Assembly: GCA_965197925.1 (NCBI GenBank)
Contig: CBDAOC010000016.1
Coordinates: 1-64,000, forward strand
Length of the DNA: 64,000 bases
Direction: 5' to 3'
Source: Nitrososphaerales archaeon
GTDB taxonomy: Archaea; Thermoproteota; Nitrososphaeria; Nitrososphaerales; UBA213
The position numbers and the translations under genes are program-made. The notes under the pieces were generated by a model, which had not been told where the DNA came from, did not search any database, and worked only from the letters and a program-made list of their open reading frames with translations. Shown here in pieces: positions 1-13,565 of this stretch (its first letter is position 1; the number at the start of each line of letters is the position of its first letter).

Positions 1-27
1 GCTCCTCGCACCGCATACGAAGACAAG

Positions 28-3000
28 GTGTACATACGCGAAGACAGGCGCAGACTCACGGCTATAAAAGCCATGATACGCAAGGTCATGATCGAAGCTG
101 GTGAAAACATCAGCAAAGACCGCGAAGATTGCCCATTCAAAATGTGGGTGTGCAATGGAGCGTGGGAAGGTGTGCAACACATGGAAGTGCTACACATGTT
201 GTCCGCACACACACGCGCAGAAATGATACGTGAGTTAAGCAAAGAGGAGCGACAACGGTTCACAGCCCTATACAGGCTGGCTCTCCCTCGCTTGGAGTAC
301 TTCTTCAAGCTAACCGCCTAAGCACTGCATATACACCGTCTTAGGCAACTAAGGCGGTGAGTGCCCGGCAGATAATGAGACCCACCCACCTTCCCACAAC
401 AACAACCCTAGGGCTACGCAACGTCGCTCGTGGCATACCGCCGCGCCAGGGTAAATAGTGCGCCGTGACAGTGCCCCATAGAAACTTAAAGGAGTTGAAT
501 CATGAGTATTCTAACCCACGATGGTAAAGTCGACAAAGGTGAGTTCACGAGTCTCCGTGAGATCTGGCCCCACGTTGAAGTGCAACGTAAGTGGGGTGTG
601 TTCCCTGTGACCCCACGCTTCTACATGGTGCAGGGCCAATACACCCACGGCATCGCAGGAACTCGGGAATCTTAACCAAAAGAGGTGATTACTATGCCAA
701 CCCAGTACGAGCTCGCTCCGAAGCTCTGCACTCTTGAATTGATTGACATGGAGTACTACGCAATGCAAGATAGCGTGAGTACGAGTGCCAGTCTACTCAG
801 CCGAGGATTTACCAAGGAAACCAGATTCCTCGGTGAGTACATCCTCACACCCACCGGCTACTTGAAGCTGATTAGTCGTGCGGCTGATCTACGAGTAGCG
901 AAGAACCTCATCGAACAGAACTGCGTAGTGTTCTAACCTAAACCCTGTGCTCTTAGGAGCGCAGGGTTATTTCTTTTCTTTGAGAATTGGTGGTACACAA
1001 ACTTAGTACCACCCAGTCAACATGCAAAGGAGCACACTAATGGTTTCACAGAATAATGGCTACACCTGTCGTTCGGTCACCGGTTGCGACGTCATTGCCA
1101 ACACCAGCCCCGAGATCCGGTTCCACTGGTTGCGTGACCACGCGGATGCCGACCACCCACTTGACATGGCTCAGTGGAACAATACTCGCAGGGGCCTGTC
1201 ACGCTGGATGGACACGTGGTACCAGACGCAACCCGATGACCGCCAGTACATGTGTGAGTTTGACAACTGCGACAGGCAGAACTCGGTGATGAGTGCCGCT
1301 GGTTTGTGCACGCACTACGTGTTCAAGCACACGGACTCCCCGCGCGCCGTCAAAGCCATGCAGTACGCAGAGGAACACGGACTCATCGAACTGATGACTG
1401 CGCCCCGACGCCCTGCGTTCACCGGTACGGTGAACCAGCAAGCCCCGTTCTAAGTAACCTGAACCCTGTGCTCCCATGAGCGCAGGGTTTATTTCTTTTT
1501 GAAAGGAGATACCATGCCACAAGAAAAGCAGCAGTGCGTATACTGCAAGAAGTTCTTTACTATATTTCCTGGATACTACCCGGATGCCTGCACGGACTGC
1601 ACGGATGATTGTAATGACGACGAAGAATTCGAAATGGAATATGAAGATGTTTTCGGATACGAGGATAAGGAGCTATCATGACAAAAGGGCAGCTCAAAGA
1701 ATTAGAGCGTACCCGTAAAGCTTGTGAGGCCAAGTACGGATTCCACCGCGACCGTTTACGACGAGTTTATTTCCGATACAACGGAGGGCCGCACGAGTGC
1801 AACATAGTGCTTATACCGCACGAGAGCCTCGCACAGCGCTTCTACGGAACTTCAGCACAAATTACACACAATCGAGCCACAGAGCTCTAGGAGACCCTTA
1901 TGAACCGTTTAAAGGGCATCGCAGCCAACATCGCAGCCGAGGGGTACGCCGGAACGGCCCGGAGAATCATTGCCGCTGGAGAACGGCGCGACATTTTGGG
2001 AATGTTAGTCATCGGAGAGGAACTGGACTCGGTTGGACTACCTCAGTTCGGTGAACAAATCCTCATGGCAGCTAAGGGACTGAATGAGGAGTAATATGAC
2101 CTTCGAACACTTACGCCTCGACTTCGAGGACTACTTGAAACTCGACAAGAACGACGCCACTATATGGATCATGAAGATCTGTCACGCCTTGACGCAGGGT
2201 GACAAACGTACTGTGCGTGAATTGAACGTCGATCTACAGCTCATCAACTCAACTGTTGCCGATGATCTCGTAGCCCTAAACTTGCTTAGGGACATGCACG
2301 ACTAGGAGCAAAGGGATGTTGTAACTATGTTACAATATCCCTTTATTTTCTTTTTATTTTGATTCTGGACGGAAATACCGCGTTTTCACAGAGTCTTCAG
2401 CGTTCCCGGAACCTCTCGGGACGGAGTATTATTAGGGCGTAGAACCCTTACTTGTTTGGTACTTCGCAGTGGGGTAACTAGGTTATACTTCTAGTAGCGA
2501 AACTTCGTAACGGAGTAACATTGGAACGGGGAACGAGGAAACGAGGAAACGAGGGAGCAAAGGAGACTAGGAATAATAAGCGTATCTCCGATCGCTTAAA
2601 AATCCACAGATGCCCAAAAGGAGCACAAAATGGCAACTTATGAACTGACCTACCACGTCGTTGAACTCGCGCTCTACAATGAGCCTAAGACCTACGCAAA
2701 ATTCGAAAAGATTGAGGCTAAAAGCCTAGCCGAAGCTTTCGAACAGATGAACGAAGTACTGGAACTGGAACGTTACTTCCACCCAGTAATATTCGGTAAC
2801 TTCAAACTCGTATCTAGCAAACTCGAGAACATACTGCCGCAAACCAGATAAGGAGCACCATGGCCGCAGACCCCATCACCCCTGATATAGCACGTCGCCA
2901 ATACTACTATACTACCGGGCAGTCCAGCCACGAATGGCACAAAACCGGTGTCTATTTGGTAGCTGAACGACCCGAACTCAGAAGTCTACTAGTGGCACAC

Positions 3001-6000
3001 TATGACGATTACAAACGTGCACAATCTATGGCAATCGTCTTGAATGACGCACGACCATTTGAACACGCACTACTAATACTCGGTGGAGCCACCATCAAAT
3101 AGTATCACTATGACCTATGGAAACATAGGTCATAATTTCTTTTTAAGAAACTTATTAAGGAGTAACGTCTAATGACTACCACTCAAAAAGATATTAACAT
3201 GCTTCTCAACATAATCAATAAAGCAGATACCATTGAAAGTGCCTTCAATTATGCGCACTTCTTCCGTAACTTCACCCTGTGCCAGTTAACCAATGAGCAA
3301 GCAATAACAATAGAACATCTTGCCGTAGCTCACTCTAGCTTCATCAATGAGAAGTACCAAGAATGGACGGACAACTGCTTCCAATTCTTATACCGTGGCG
3401 AACCTGACTACTGCAACAATCAATGTGGGGTATACAAACGCCCCAATTAAACATCCAATTACATAAGTAGTATCACTATGACCTCTGGAAACAGGGGTCA
3501 TAATTTCTTTTTAAACAAAGGAGTAAAATGACGCCATCACGTAAAGAGAATTTCGAATTCACCAAAAAAATATCATTGGCAAAGAGCGTAAGCGTAGCCA
3601 ACTATCACCGATTAACTCTTGACGCCTTAAATGAGGTTGAGTCACTTGCCAGCTCAATGCAATTCATCCCGCCCACACATATGCTCACTAAAGCCGAACA
3701 CATACGAAAGCTTACCGCAGCCATTGCCAACTACACATTAATGGCAAACTGGCTAACCACCCACATGAATAACAGTGAATACTACAACGAACCCTAAAGG
3801 AGACTAATGGAACTTAAAGCCACAATCGCGGAAATATTTCACGAACTATATGAAATGCAAACAAACGAAAGTGCGAAATATAGAATATTACAGCTCCAAC
3901 ACAAAACTGCTATCTACATCCAACACAACTACGACCGCACGACCTACGCCTACAAAGATGACTCTATCTTACACAGTGGCTGTGACCACATGGGATGGAC
4001 CGGTACAGCCACCTATAGAAGCGCAGAAAAATTCATACAAGCCACTGGTCTGCCATTCTGGCGCACTTAAGGAGTAACATGACCTCTGTACGAGTAGTTA
4101 ATCGGACCATCAAATCTACCTTTAACCATGACACCGTATCCTGTGACAACAAACCACGTGGATGCACCGGTCGTGTAGGAACTCCTACCAACGGACGTTG
4201 GATTTGCTTCAACTGCCGCAACTCGAGGTAATATGCCCCTACCCGTGTACAGTGACATGCAAACAGCATGTCCATTAGAATACCTATCCCCATGTTCACT
4301 AAACTTTAGTAACATGGGAATCACCCCTGAAGGAGATGAAATTTACATATACGTGTGTCACGCGCACCAACACGGAATAATGAGTTTCACCAAAATACGA
4401 GAAGCCCACGATACTTATGATTTTGATGGCTATGATGGCCTATCAGATGAATTTGACATGGCCTTCGACAACTACTAAGGAGTAAATGAACAATATATTC
4501 GCGTCAAAAATGCAAAAGATAATCTCGTTCTTCATTACGCTAGCCGCTATAGTTATCACAATTGTGATAATGAACATTGGTTTGCTTATTGCAAAACGAT
4601 GGTTGAATGACACCACTTACTTCATCATGCTGATTGTACTTATCCTCATAACAGTCGGCATCCTATTCTATATTACCATGTTCGACGACTAAAGGAGCCA
4701 CATGTTTAACCGAGAAATAGCTCAACAGGTGATGTACCGCGCCCTCACCAACTCTGGAATGTCCCACAAGGACGCAATGCGATACTCCTCAAACCCCGAA
4801 GCCGTTGCCGATCTCCAAGCGGCATTCAACAACGAATACTACTCCGGACGGGAAGAAGGAATTACCATTGGGAAAAACCAGGCCGAAGTTCCATATGAAC
4901 AACCGTTTACCGCAAACAATAAACTGGCACAAGAAGTTATTCTAAGCCACTTTGGTACGGACGGTATGCTTCGAATCCAGAAAGCCAACGAAGCTCTCCA
5001 ATACCGAATGGCCTACAAGCAAGCTAAAGGCGTCGACAGTAAAGTCAGCTACGCTCTGCTCGTAGATACCATGACTAAAATGGGATTCACTAGCGCAAAC
5101 ACCAGTCTCCACTACTGGAACAAAATGCTCACCCAATTTATTACTCAAAACATCGCAAACGATGGTTTTATCAACAAGATTGAAGCCATAAAGGACATGC
5201 GAACACATTTCACCAACATCGGCCTACGCTCCGCCAAAGAAGCCATTGAGGCTAAAATGACGCAACTGGAAACCTCACACCAGATATGTGCCCAGCAGTA
5301 CGTCGCTACCCGCTAACCACTAACCCTGTACATTATTGTGCAGGGTTATTTCTTTTAAAACCAAACAAAACAAGGAGTATAATGTTTAATACCAGTACGG
5401 AACCCCGAGAACAATTCACCTTCGCAGTAACCTGCGACGTTTATCTGCACGGAGAAGATACGGAACGAAAACGTGTACTAATTGAACGTGGCTACAGCCT
5501 CATACACGTAGCTAACAAAATGCAACTGGCTTTTCGAAGATATTCATCTTTCGAAATCACTAGCATCACCAAGCAACGAACTTAACCTATAGGAACCATA
5601 TGCCCTACAACGCCCAAAAATGGAACTTAGTATTCCTACTTGACCAACTCGACGCAAACTACTTCGGACTCCGCAATGAGTTTAGACACTATGAGGCAGT
5701 AATAACTCACGAAGCACGCAATCTGATTGAGCAATCTATAAACGTGCCAGCAAGTATAGTATGTACGTTCCTCGATCTAATTGCTAAACGCGACGATAGC
5801 GTCAAAAACCAAGATGCATACGGGTATGGCTACGCAGACGAGTGCCTTAGCTTACTGCGCTCTATCTACCCATTTCTTCCAGACTAACCAACTAAACAAG
5901 GAGAACCATGTCAATACAAATCTCAACCACCAAAGCCCATCGAGGCGTTGATTTGAAAATCATAGCCTACAATACTGAAACCCATGCAACCACCTTCGCC

Positions 6001-9000
6001 TTCATCCACAAAGTACATGACTCTAGTTATGTATACGAGTGCACTAGTCTCGAACAGATATTTCCTATCGTTCACACCGGATTTTTGACGGAATGTGTAG
6101 AACACACCGTAGAAATGCTCAGAGCACGTGTATCACCACCTTCATCCTCTGAAAAAATCAGAGCTGAAGTGGAATACCACGTAAACCGCAACACCGATCT
6201 CGAGTGGAATCCAAACACCGCCCACTAACCCACAACCCTGTACATTTATTGTACAGGGTTAATTTCTTTTAAAAGATGCAGTCACAATACTATCTACATC
6301 TAAGGAGACACAAATGAAAAAGGTATTCTTCGCTATCACTATCTCACTCGCCGTTATCTTACCATTTCCAGTATCCCTGATCCCTGCTGGCTTCGCATAC
6401 CTTAGCCGAAAGACCAACTAACCCACAACCCTGTACATTTATTGTGCAGGGTTAATTTCTTTTGAAGTAAAAGAACACTCACACTAAAGGAGCAAACATT
6501 ATGCAGACCGTATCCATCGAAATGAACCCGTCCTTCGAATTCGCGCCGGAACAATTACTCAACATCCACACCACGCGCCGACAGCTTGGAAAGGCTGATG
6601 ACGTAACCAACTCCGTCCTGGTACTGGCCTCGCGTCTCTCCAAGGCTAACAACATCAACAAGTCTCCCAAGAGGGAGCAGATCGCCAACCAGTTCGTGAA
6701 GTATTTGAACAACAATGCCACCTGGCGAATCCTCAGCGAAGACCTTGTCTACGCACAGTATGGCTTCGGTGACAAGACCAGCGTAATCCACAATTTTGAG
6801 AACGGCAGGATCACCCGAGCCAAGTAAACCAACAGGTAACACGTTAGGGGATCCGGGATTTTTCTAAGGGGAGGGGTGAAAACTAAGACAAATGAGACAA
6901 AATAGACATAAGGGTGAGGAAACAGGAATAACGCTTTATGTTACTACCTATTTTAACTACTTTGTCTCATTTGTCTTAGTTTACACCCCTCCCCTTAGAA
7001 AAATCCCGGATCCCCCCCCCTAACGTTACAAGGAGAAATATGGTAGCAGTTTTATTGGAACCAAAGACTCAAACCGGACAAGGATCTAATCACCGCAGTT
7101 GCGACGGCTGCCCACGATGCGTAGACTCCAACAGCAAAATGTGCAATATCCCACATCCAAAGTTCGCAAACCGACACCCTGTATGTAAAGTCTGCGGCCA
7201 CTGTGTACTACGTGGACAGCACCAGGATGACGCATCAGACCTCGATGAACATCCTGGATTAAATGTAGACAACTACCACACCCCTAGTCTCAATTAAAGG
7301 AGAATAATGGAACAAACTAACTATCCTCTTCCAGAAACCAGTCTACTGCCCATAGCTCTCGACATGGAAAGTTACGCCATCGACTACCCAGAATGGGCTC
7401 ACACCTTCAATTACTGGGCTGATGCCATCCAAATTCAGAGCTTAATTGTCAAGCTCGAAACCAAACTATGTGACTTTGATTACAGTTACAGAAACTATGT
7501 AGACTTAATCCGAGACTACTACGAACATATCGAACGATACTGCAATCAATTATCAGAACAAGATGTATGTAATCTCAAAATGCATATTCAGCATCTACGT
7601 TTTGGTATCAACATGATACGTGCAGAAATCAACGGTACTTACAACCGACTACTCAAGATAGGAGATCAGTATTACAATGGCACACATTAATAGCACCCCT
7701 TCACCCACTCTTGAAGAAGATATCCTAAGCATCCTGCAAGCCAACAGCACCGGCCTCGAAAACACCACTGCATTCACTAAGTTCATCGAAGAATCCGACA
7801 CCGAAGTATTCGCTAGTATCGTACATGTAATCAATGAATACTGGTTCCAAGGATACAACGCTGGTAACAACGATGGACGCAGCCTCCTCCCCTCTCACAT
7901 GATTCAACTTCTCAAGGAACAGTGGCATAAGGGATATAACATCGGCTACTCCGAAGGACGCAGCAACGGTAATTACGAAGGACGCCACAACCTACCCTAG
8001 CCCAAGGAGATATAATCACCACCATGGCAACCACCAGAGCAATGTTCGCCTTCATCTGTATGGGAACTGTAGTGTTTACCATCCTCACCTACTTATAAAA
8101 GGAGTCAAAATGACCGACGCAACCTATTTCGAACTCTACGCAGTGCTGTCCGAACTCGATTACTCATTCCTACTGAGCACCGCACCCTTCGAGGAAGAAG
8201 AAGAGCCAGACCTAGTACAAGCCGCCATCGCTTGGGACGGAATGAATCTAATGGTATCAAGTCTCGGACGTACCATGACCGAAATGAATCTCCAAGAAAA
8301 CTTCCACGACTACGATGGATACAGACCTTACTTTTTAAACATCGAAGGAGAATTCGAAATGCAAGGCAATATGTCCAACTACCTCGTCATCCGTTAGGAG
8401 TACACACATGCGCTATCTATTGAAACTCCTCCTCGTACCCAAACTCACTCTATACAACAGCACTCTCGCCTTTGCTATATGTGCCAACTGTGACAAGTCA
8501 TCTCGTATGACCGCTAGCATTACCACCCCAGGAACCTGCTACATCACAGTATGGCAAGCCGTGAACGACACCATGCTTAGTGTAGTATGTGACAGTTGTA
8601 TGAGAGACTTCTTCCAACTCAACCCCGTGCAATTCACTAATGAGTAAAGAAAAGATACCATGGTATCAAAGAGATGACCGAGGTGATTTAACCTCGGCAC
8701 TCTCTCATCAAAATATCCCTACTACCATTGAAGATCTGGTACATGAAAGCGGCAATCAACACCTAAATTACAAATTAGCTGAACTATGTGACATTAAAGA
8801 ATACATAGATGCACTAGCTCAACTATGGATAGAACTAGAAAGCACTGATGTACGAACCATGATGCAACTCAAAGACCGACTAACCTACGCCATGCACGCT
8901 CTCAATGCCTCATTGGGTTCACTGTATAACTCCTATGGATATTGGCAGGAAGATCAAATAGATGAGAATCAAACCTATTTCGAACAACTAAAGCAATTCC

Positions 9001-12000
9001 GACACATAAACCAAATAAAGGACGAGAACTAATGACTACTCCTACTACTCCCCTTTCACCCGAAGCCACACGAGCAACCACCCTCACAGCTGCAAATTAT
9101 CTCCGTAGCGCAGCCACCAACGTACTCCCATACATAGCATCTAGCTCTAGCAAAGCCCAGATGGAAGAGACTACTGAAACCGCCGTACGTCTCCTCAACA
9201 TGTCCAAGGCTGTGTTCAACATTTCAATGCAAATGGCTGAGCATCAACGCAACATCATAGACAACGTACGCAACTACACCACTGAACTCAGTGCCAGGCA
9301 CGTATTCCCCGGTCAGGGACTGGCTGTAGCCGACATGATTAAAAGTGTACGTCTTCTCGAAAACTGGTATCCGCAATACTGGAACCGAGTATAGAAGATG
9401 CATGGTAAATTCAAACTAGAATACATAATAAATGACATTTGCGCAATAGCAATCATATTATGCATATTCGTAGTTTGTGCATATATGGGATATGCTGTTG
9501 GATGTAAACTCTTCCTGTACCATTAAAGGAGACCACTACTCATGCCCTACCTTCTCCCGCAAAATGAAATTGATCGCGTATGGGAAGAAATGTACAGTAC
9601 TGCTATAGGCGACAGATACTGGGAACCACTCCTCACCCGATGGGCTGACCAAATATGGCACCAGAATCACATGATGAAGCTGGAAACACGTTTCGATGAT
9701 CTACACACTGAATACTTCATGCTCATAGATGACATGAAACTTCAAATGGTGTACAAGAATCACCCGCAGACGCCTGAAGACCAAAGCCCATTCATAGACG
9801 CTGCCATGGCCGATCTAGATGTAGCTATCAACCTTGTCCGAACTGAATTAGCCGCAACACAAAGGAGAATACACGACTGTGAGCGTGCCCAAGGGATTTA
9901 ATGAATAACAAAAACCTAACACCATTAGCTAAATACCTATTTTACTCTTTTCAAGCCTGGAATGAACACAGTAAGAAATTACTCAACTACAAATATGAAT
10001 ACGGTAGAGTATGGCCGGACTCACCGCCATTCATACAACACCTTGCAAAACAAGAACAACATTTATGGGATAACATCTGCCACACTGGAGAAACTAATGG
10101 CTGAACAACGAATAATCCGCTCCATCAATCTCAAAACAAAATGTGAAACACGTGAATATCTAAAGAATAATATTTGCGTAGCACGCTGTGAAGAAACAGA
10201 AGACGAAGAACACTATATTAAACGCTGGACTAGATTCAATGACGATGGTACACACCAAGGTCCCACATTCCTTGTAAAAACTCGCAAAGACGGCCGCAAT
10301 AGCCGCACCTACATCCGTAACTGGTTCCACCCTACCTCCGACCAGTATATTCGCGTACTAAGTAAACTCATCCAAAAGTACGGCAAACTCTACCCATTCA
10401 TTGATTTCGGAGTAGTAGCTTCACTAATGGGCTTGGCAGTAAATCAATCTTGGTACTGGCCTAACAGCGACGAAGCATGCCATCTTGAAGTGCGCTCATT
10501 CAACAGTTACTATGAATTCGCACACACTGATTTCAAGTTCTATCAGAACGGATGGAAAGGCAATCCAGGCCCTAGTTACTGGACTACCGCGAGGTAAAAT
10601 GTCACATGATAATCCCGAACAAAACCTACGAAATGAAGCTAGAATTCTCGCAACTTATGGCTTACAAGAAATGGCAGATACTTTGCTCCTTAGTATCGAC
10701 AGCCAAAACTGGCAAAAGATACGAGAATTAGCCGATGACATTGCTGCTCTACCACCACCTAGCGAATCCAAACACTACTACGCAACTATCATGGCTGCTG
10801 TAATCCACACCAACGTCTACGAGCTTGAACATGGAAATTAAACGTATCATCCTCCCACCACTGCTACTAATTCTCTTCATCGCCACCCTATCATGCACAA
10901 CTGGTACGATACAAATTCACACTGACCCGATCCCAATGACTGAAGAGTTAATTACAGTAGCAGAAGAAGTATGCAACGAAGCATTTATTAAGATAGAATA
11001 CATAGGAGAAGGTAACTGGTATCGTTACAAGCGTTCCAAATACGCAACTCTTGATGGAAAAAAAAAACACTATGTGCCAGTTATGCATACCATAAATGGG
11101 CTACCGGCACAGAAAAGGACTAACTAATGCCAACCAACCAAAATCTACCCCGTCAAAAAGTTCGAGAAAACATATACTTAATAAAAACCAAGCACTGGTC
11201 TAAAACTAGTAAACGCTGGCTTAACCCTATCTATTTCGAAATCATGAAAGCTAGCACATACAAACACCTTCTCGCTCGCTTTGGTCACCGCGAAAAGATT
11301 GTCAATGGTGAATTCGTAACCGTTGTCATTGTTGAAATCAAGATGATGTTGACCAATATCGCCAAAAACCGCCCACAACCATTTCCAAATCGAAACAATC
11401 CCCATGTACATACCCTAGAGGACTTAAGTATCACTGAAACCACTGCATCAATCTATGGATGCCGAGGATGTACACTGAAGTTCCCGCCCGCTAACCCTCT
11501 AGAAAATGTAGTCATGCACATGTGCAAGGAATGTTTCACCATGTACTGCCAAGACTGCGTACTAAAAATCATGAACAACCCCAGTAACAGAAACTCCGTT
11601 AGATTTGCAGCAGACTCCAAGTACCAACCAATGGGACTTCCCTACGCCTTCGAAATACCTAAGTAACTACAAAGGAGACCCACAAATAATGATGATTCGC
11701 CACTTCGTATCCTTCTACTCTCCCGGAAGTTTCTTCTCGGAGAGTTCCTCACTCCCCATTGATCAATGGGATATCCCTACCGCTTTGGATATGTCTAATG
11801 AAATTGTAGAACGCTACAATGCCACACCCTTCGCATTTCAATTCAAGACCTACCAACGTAACGACAACGAACTCAACAGCCGACTCGTCGAATCCAGCAA
11901 GACGTTCTACATCGGCGGACGCCTATTGGACGTTGCACAAGTCGAAGTAGAAAATGTAGATGGATGCTATGATATCCTACTCAGTAACATGCGCGGTAAC

Positions 12001-13100
12001 AAGATCGACTTCGTAGTTCTCAACACCAACAGCTACAGAAGCATAATGGAGTTTGACTACAAGAAAGACGTACTCCTTGACCCCAACACCGTTTAATAGC
12101 TTTCACAACACTACCTACACTAAGGAGACACCTATGACTACCCTCTCAACCCCCGAACAACGCCTTGACTTCCAGTTCTATCTCATCGAAAAAGAGGGCC
12201 TGACCGACATGGCAGATCGTGGCCGCCGTCACCTTGAAAACAAGAACTGGCTTGCCATCTATGATATTGTAGATCACCTGTCCAAACCCGAGGGCCCACT
12301 CGTACAGGCAGACACCCTCGTACCACAGGATATCATTCACAACATGCGTCTCGCTTTGAACGAATTGGTATTGCAACGCTTGGCAACCGATGTGAACGAC
12401 ACCGACCCCAAGTCACCAGTCGAAGAAAAGCAACTCCCCACCGAATTCGTAAAGGACGATGACGATGACAACCTCCAACCTGCCTAACTTAAAAGAACAG
12501 GCTATTGAACTACTCCGTACTACAGAGATAGTACTGACTAGTGATCTACGCACCAGTGGACATGCACGTGGACAATGGGAACGACAATATGATGCTCGCG
12601 TACTCATTCGCGCAGCAATACACAGACTCGGAGAAAAAGTCTAACATGGAAAATTGCCCACTCACGGACTGTATATGCACGGTAAACAATGTGCAAACGC
12701 GGTACAACAACCTATTGGCATGCTACTGGGGAAAATGCTACACAAATCTGAAGGAACACGACTTAGAATTAAACATTCACTTTAAAGTATGCACACCCAA
12801 AATAACTGTACGTGAAAAGGCTTTAGTACGAGAAGAACGAGCAGCTTTTAAATTCTTCTGTAAGTAGAGAAACCAGAAATGTACTTTGATTACGAAGACA
12901 CTACTACTAATATTGATCCAACCGTTTGGCATGATCAATATGGTAGAGCCTTCAAAGCAACCGATCAAGACACCCTACAAAACATCCAGAAAACCATATT
13001 CGCAACTACTTAGTTGCACTATCTAAAGTAGCATCAGATGGTACTGTTATATAGTTAAGTAACACCATCACCTACCCCAAACCAATGACCGTAAAACAAC
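28..13100 (+). CDS. Block of about 35 small hypothetical phage proteins (early/host-takeover-like region)
   Basis: Closely packed + strand ORFs, mostly 50-200 aa, most preceded by AAGGAG Shine-Dalgarno sites (e.g. starts at 502, 1040, 1514, 2630, 2860, 4079, 6314, 6501, 7040, 7307, 8110, 9542, 11689, 12134). No recognisable enzymes. Confidence 0.75.
941..981 (+). terminator. Intrinsic terminator, repeat family AACCCTGT..GCAGGGTT-ATTTCTTTT
   Basis: GC hairpin followed by U-rich tail directly after a stop codon. Confidence 0.85.
1462..1500 (+). terminator. Intrinsic terminator (same family)
   Basis: AACCCTGTGCTC-CCAT-GAGCGCAGGGTT then TATTTCTTTTT. Confidence 0.85.
2310..2360 (+). terminator. 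Intrinsic terminator
   Basis: AAAGGGATGTTGTAAC/GTTACAATATCCCTTT hairpin plus T tract. Confidence 0.8.
3101..3144 (+). terminator. Intrinsic terminator (second repeat family)
   Basis: AGTATCACTATGACC...GGTCATAATTTCTTTTT; near-identical copy at 3469-3512. Confidence 0.8.
3469..3512 (+). terminator. Intrinsic terminator (second repeat family)
   Basis: Copy of 3101-3144 with a changed stem interior. Confidence 0.8.
4702..5316 (+). CDS. Hypothetical protein with C-terminal ribosomal L7/L12-CTD-like motif
   Basis: KIEAIKDMRTHFTNIGLRSAKEAIE resembles the L7/L12 C-terminal motif KIxxIKxxRxxxGLGLKEAKxxVE. Confidence 0.6.
   Translation: MFNREIAQQVMYRALTNSGMSHKDAMRYSSNPEAVADLQAAFNNEYYSGREEGITIGKNQAEVPYEQPFTANNKLAQEVILSHFGTDGMLRIQKANEALQYRMAYKQAKGVDSKVSYALLVDTMTKMGFTSANTSLHYWNKMLTQFITQNIANDGFINKIEAIKDMRTHFTNIGLRSAKEAIEAKMTQLETSHQICAQQYVATR
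5321..5356 (+). terminator. Intrinsic terminator
   Basis: TAACCCTGTACA-TTAT-TGTGCAGGGTTA-TTTCTTTT. Confidence 0.85.
6226..6463 (+). repeat. 45-bp direct repeats (terminators, 6226-6270 and 6419-6463) flanking a 35-aa membrane peptide ORF (6314-6421)
   Basis: TAACCCACAACCCTGTACATTTATTGT(A/G)CAGGGTTAATTTCTTTT occurs twice; the ORF MKKVFFAITISLAVILPFPVSLIPAGFAYLSRKTN has an AAGGAG RBS. Confidence 0.85.
6841..7026. repeat. Long near-perfect inverted repeat (about 60-bp arms, about 59-bp spacer)
   Basis: 6841-6901 is the near-exact reverse complement of 6961-7026. Confidence 0.95.
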
Positions 13101-13175
13101 GTTGTATGATTCAAGAAATAAATGTACTACGTAAAATCTACGGAACCTACACACCCAACTAAAGGAGACTACCCT

Positions 13176-13565
13176 ATGATCTACATCATGCTCTGTAACA
13201 TGACTCAAACCACCCGAGATCGCATGGCAAACGTGCCCAATCTCATTGACTACACCACGCATAACGCTGGTGACAACCAGAACCGAGTTCTCAGTCACTA
13301 CGCTACTCTAGGACGATACGACCTCATCGTATTTGCTGAAGCTGAATCTCATGTCCACGCAGCTCAGCTCTCCATTGCCCTCAGCAACATGACTGGCATG
13401 AACATTGAAACCCTGCCTACCATGAACATGAGCAGCCTCGAAGACAACAAGCCAATTGCCGAAACCAAGCCCCAACCTTTCTTTGAAGAATCCCTAGCCC
13501 TCGCAACTCCAGCACCGGAGTACGCCTACGCAGAAAACGTGCCAGGTAGTGACCGCCCCTACTAA
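13176..13565 (+). CDS. GYD domain-containing protein
   Basis: N-terminal YIML..MT, TLGRYDLIVFAEA and IETLP motifs typical of the GYD family; AAGGAG RBS before 13176. Confidence 0.7.
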   Translation: MIYIMLCNMTQTTRDRMANVPNLIDYTTHNAGDNQNRVLSHYATLGRYDLIVFAEAESHVHAAQLSIALSNMTGMNIETLPTMNMSSLEDNKPIAETKPQPFFEESLALATPAPEYAYAENVPGSDRPY

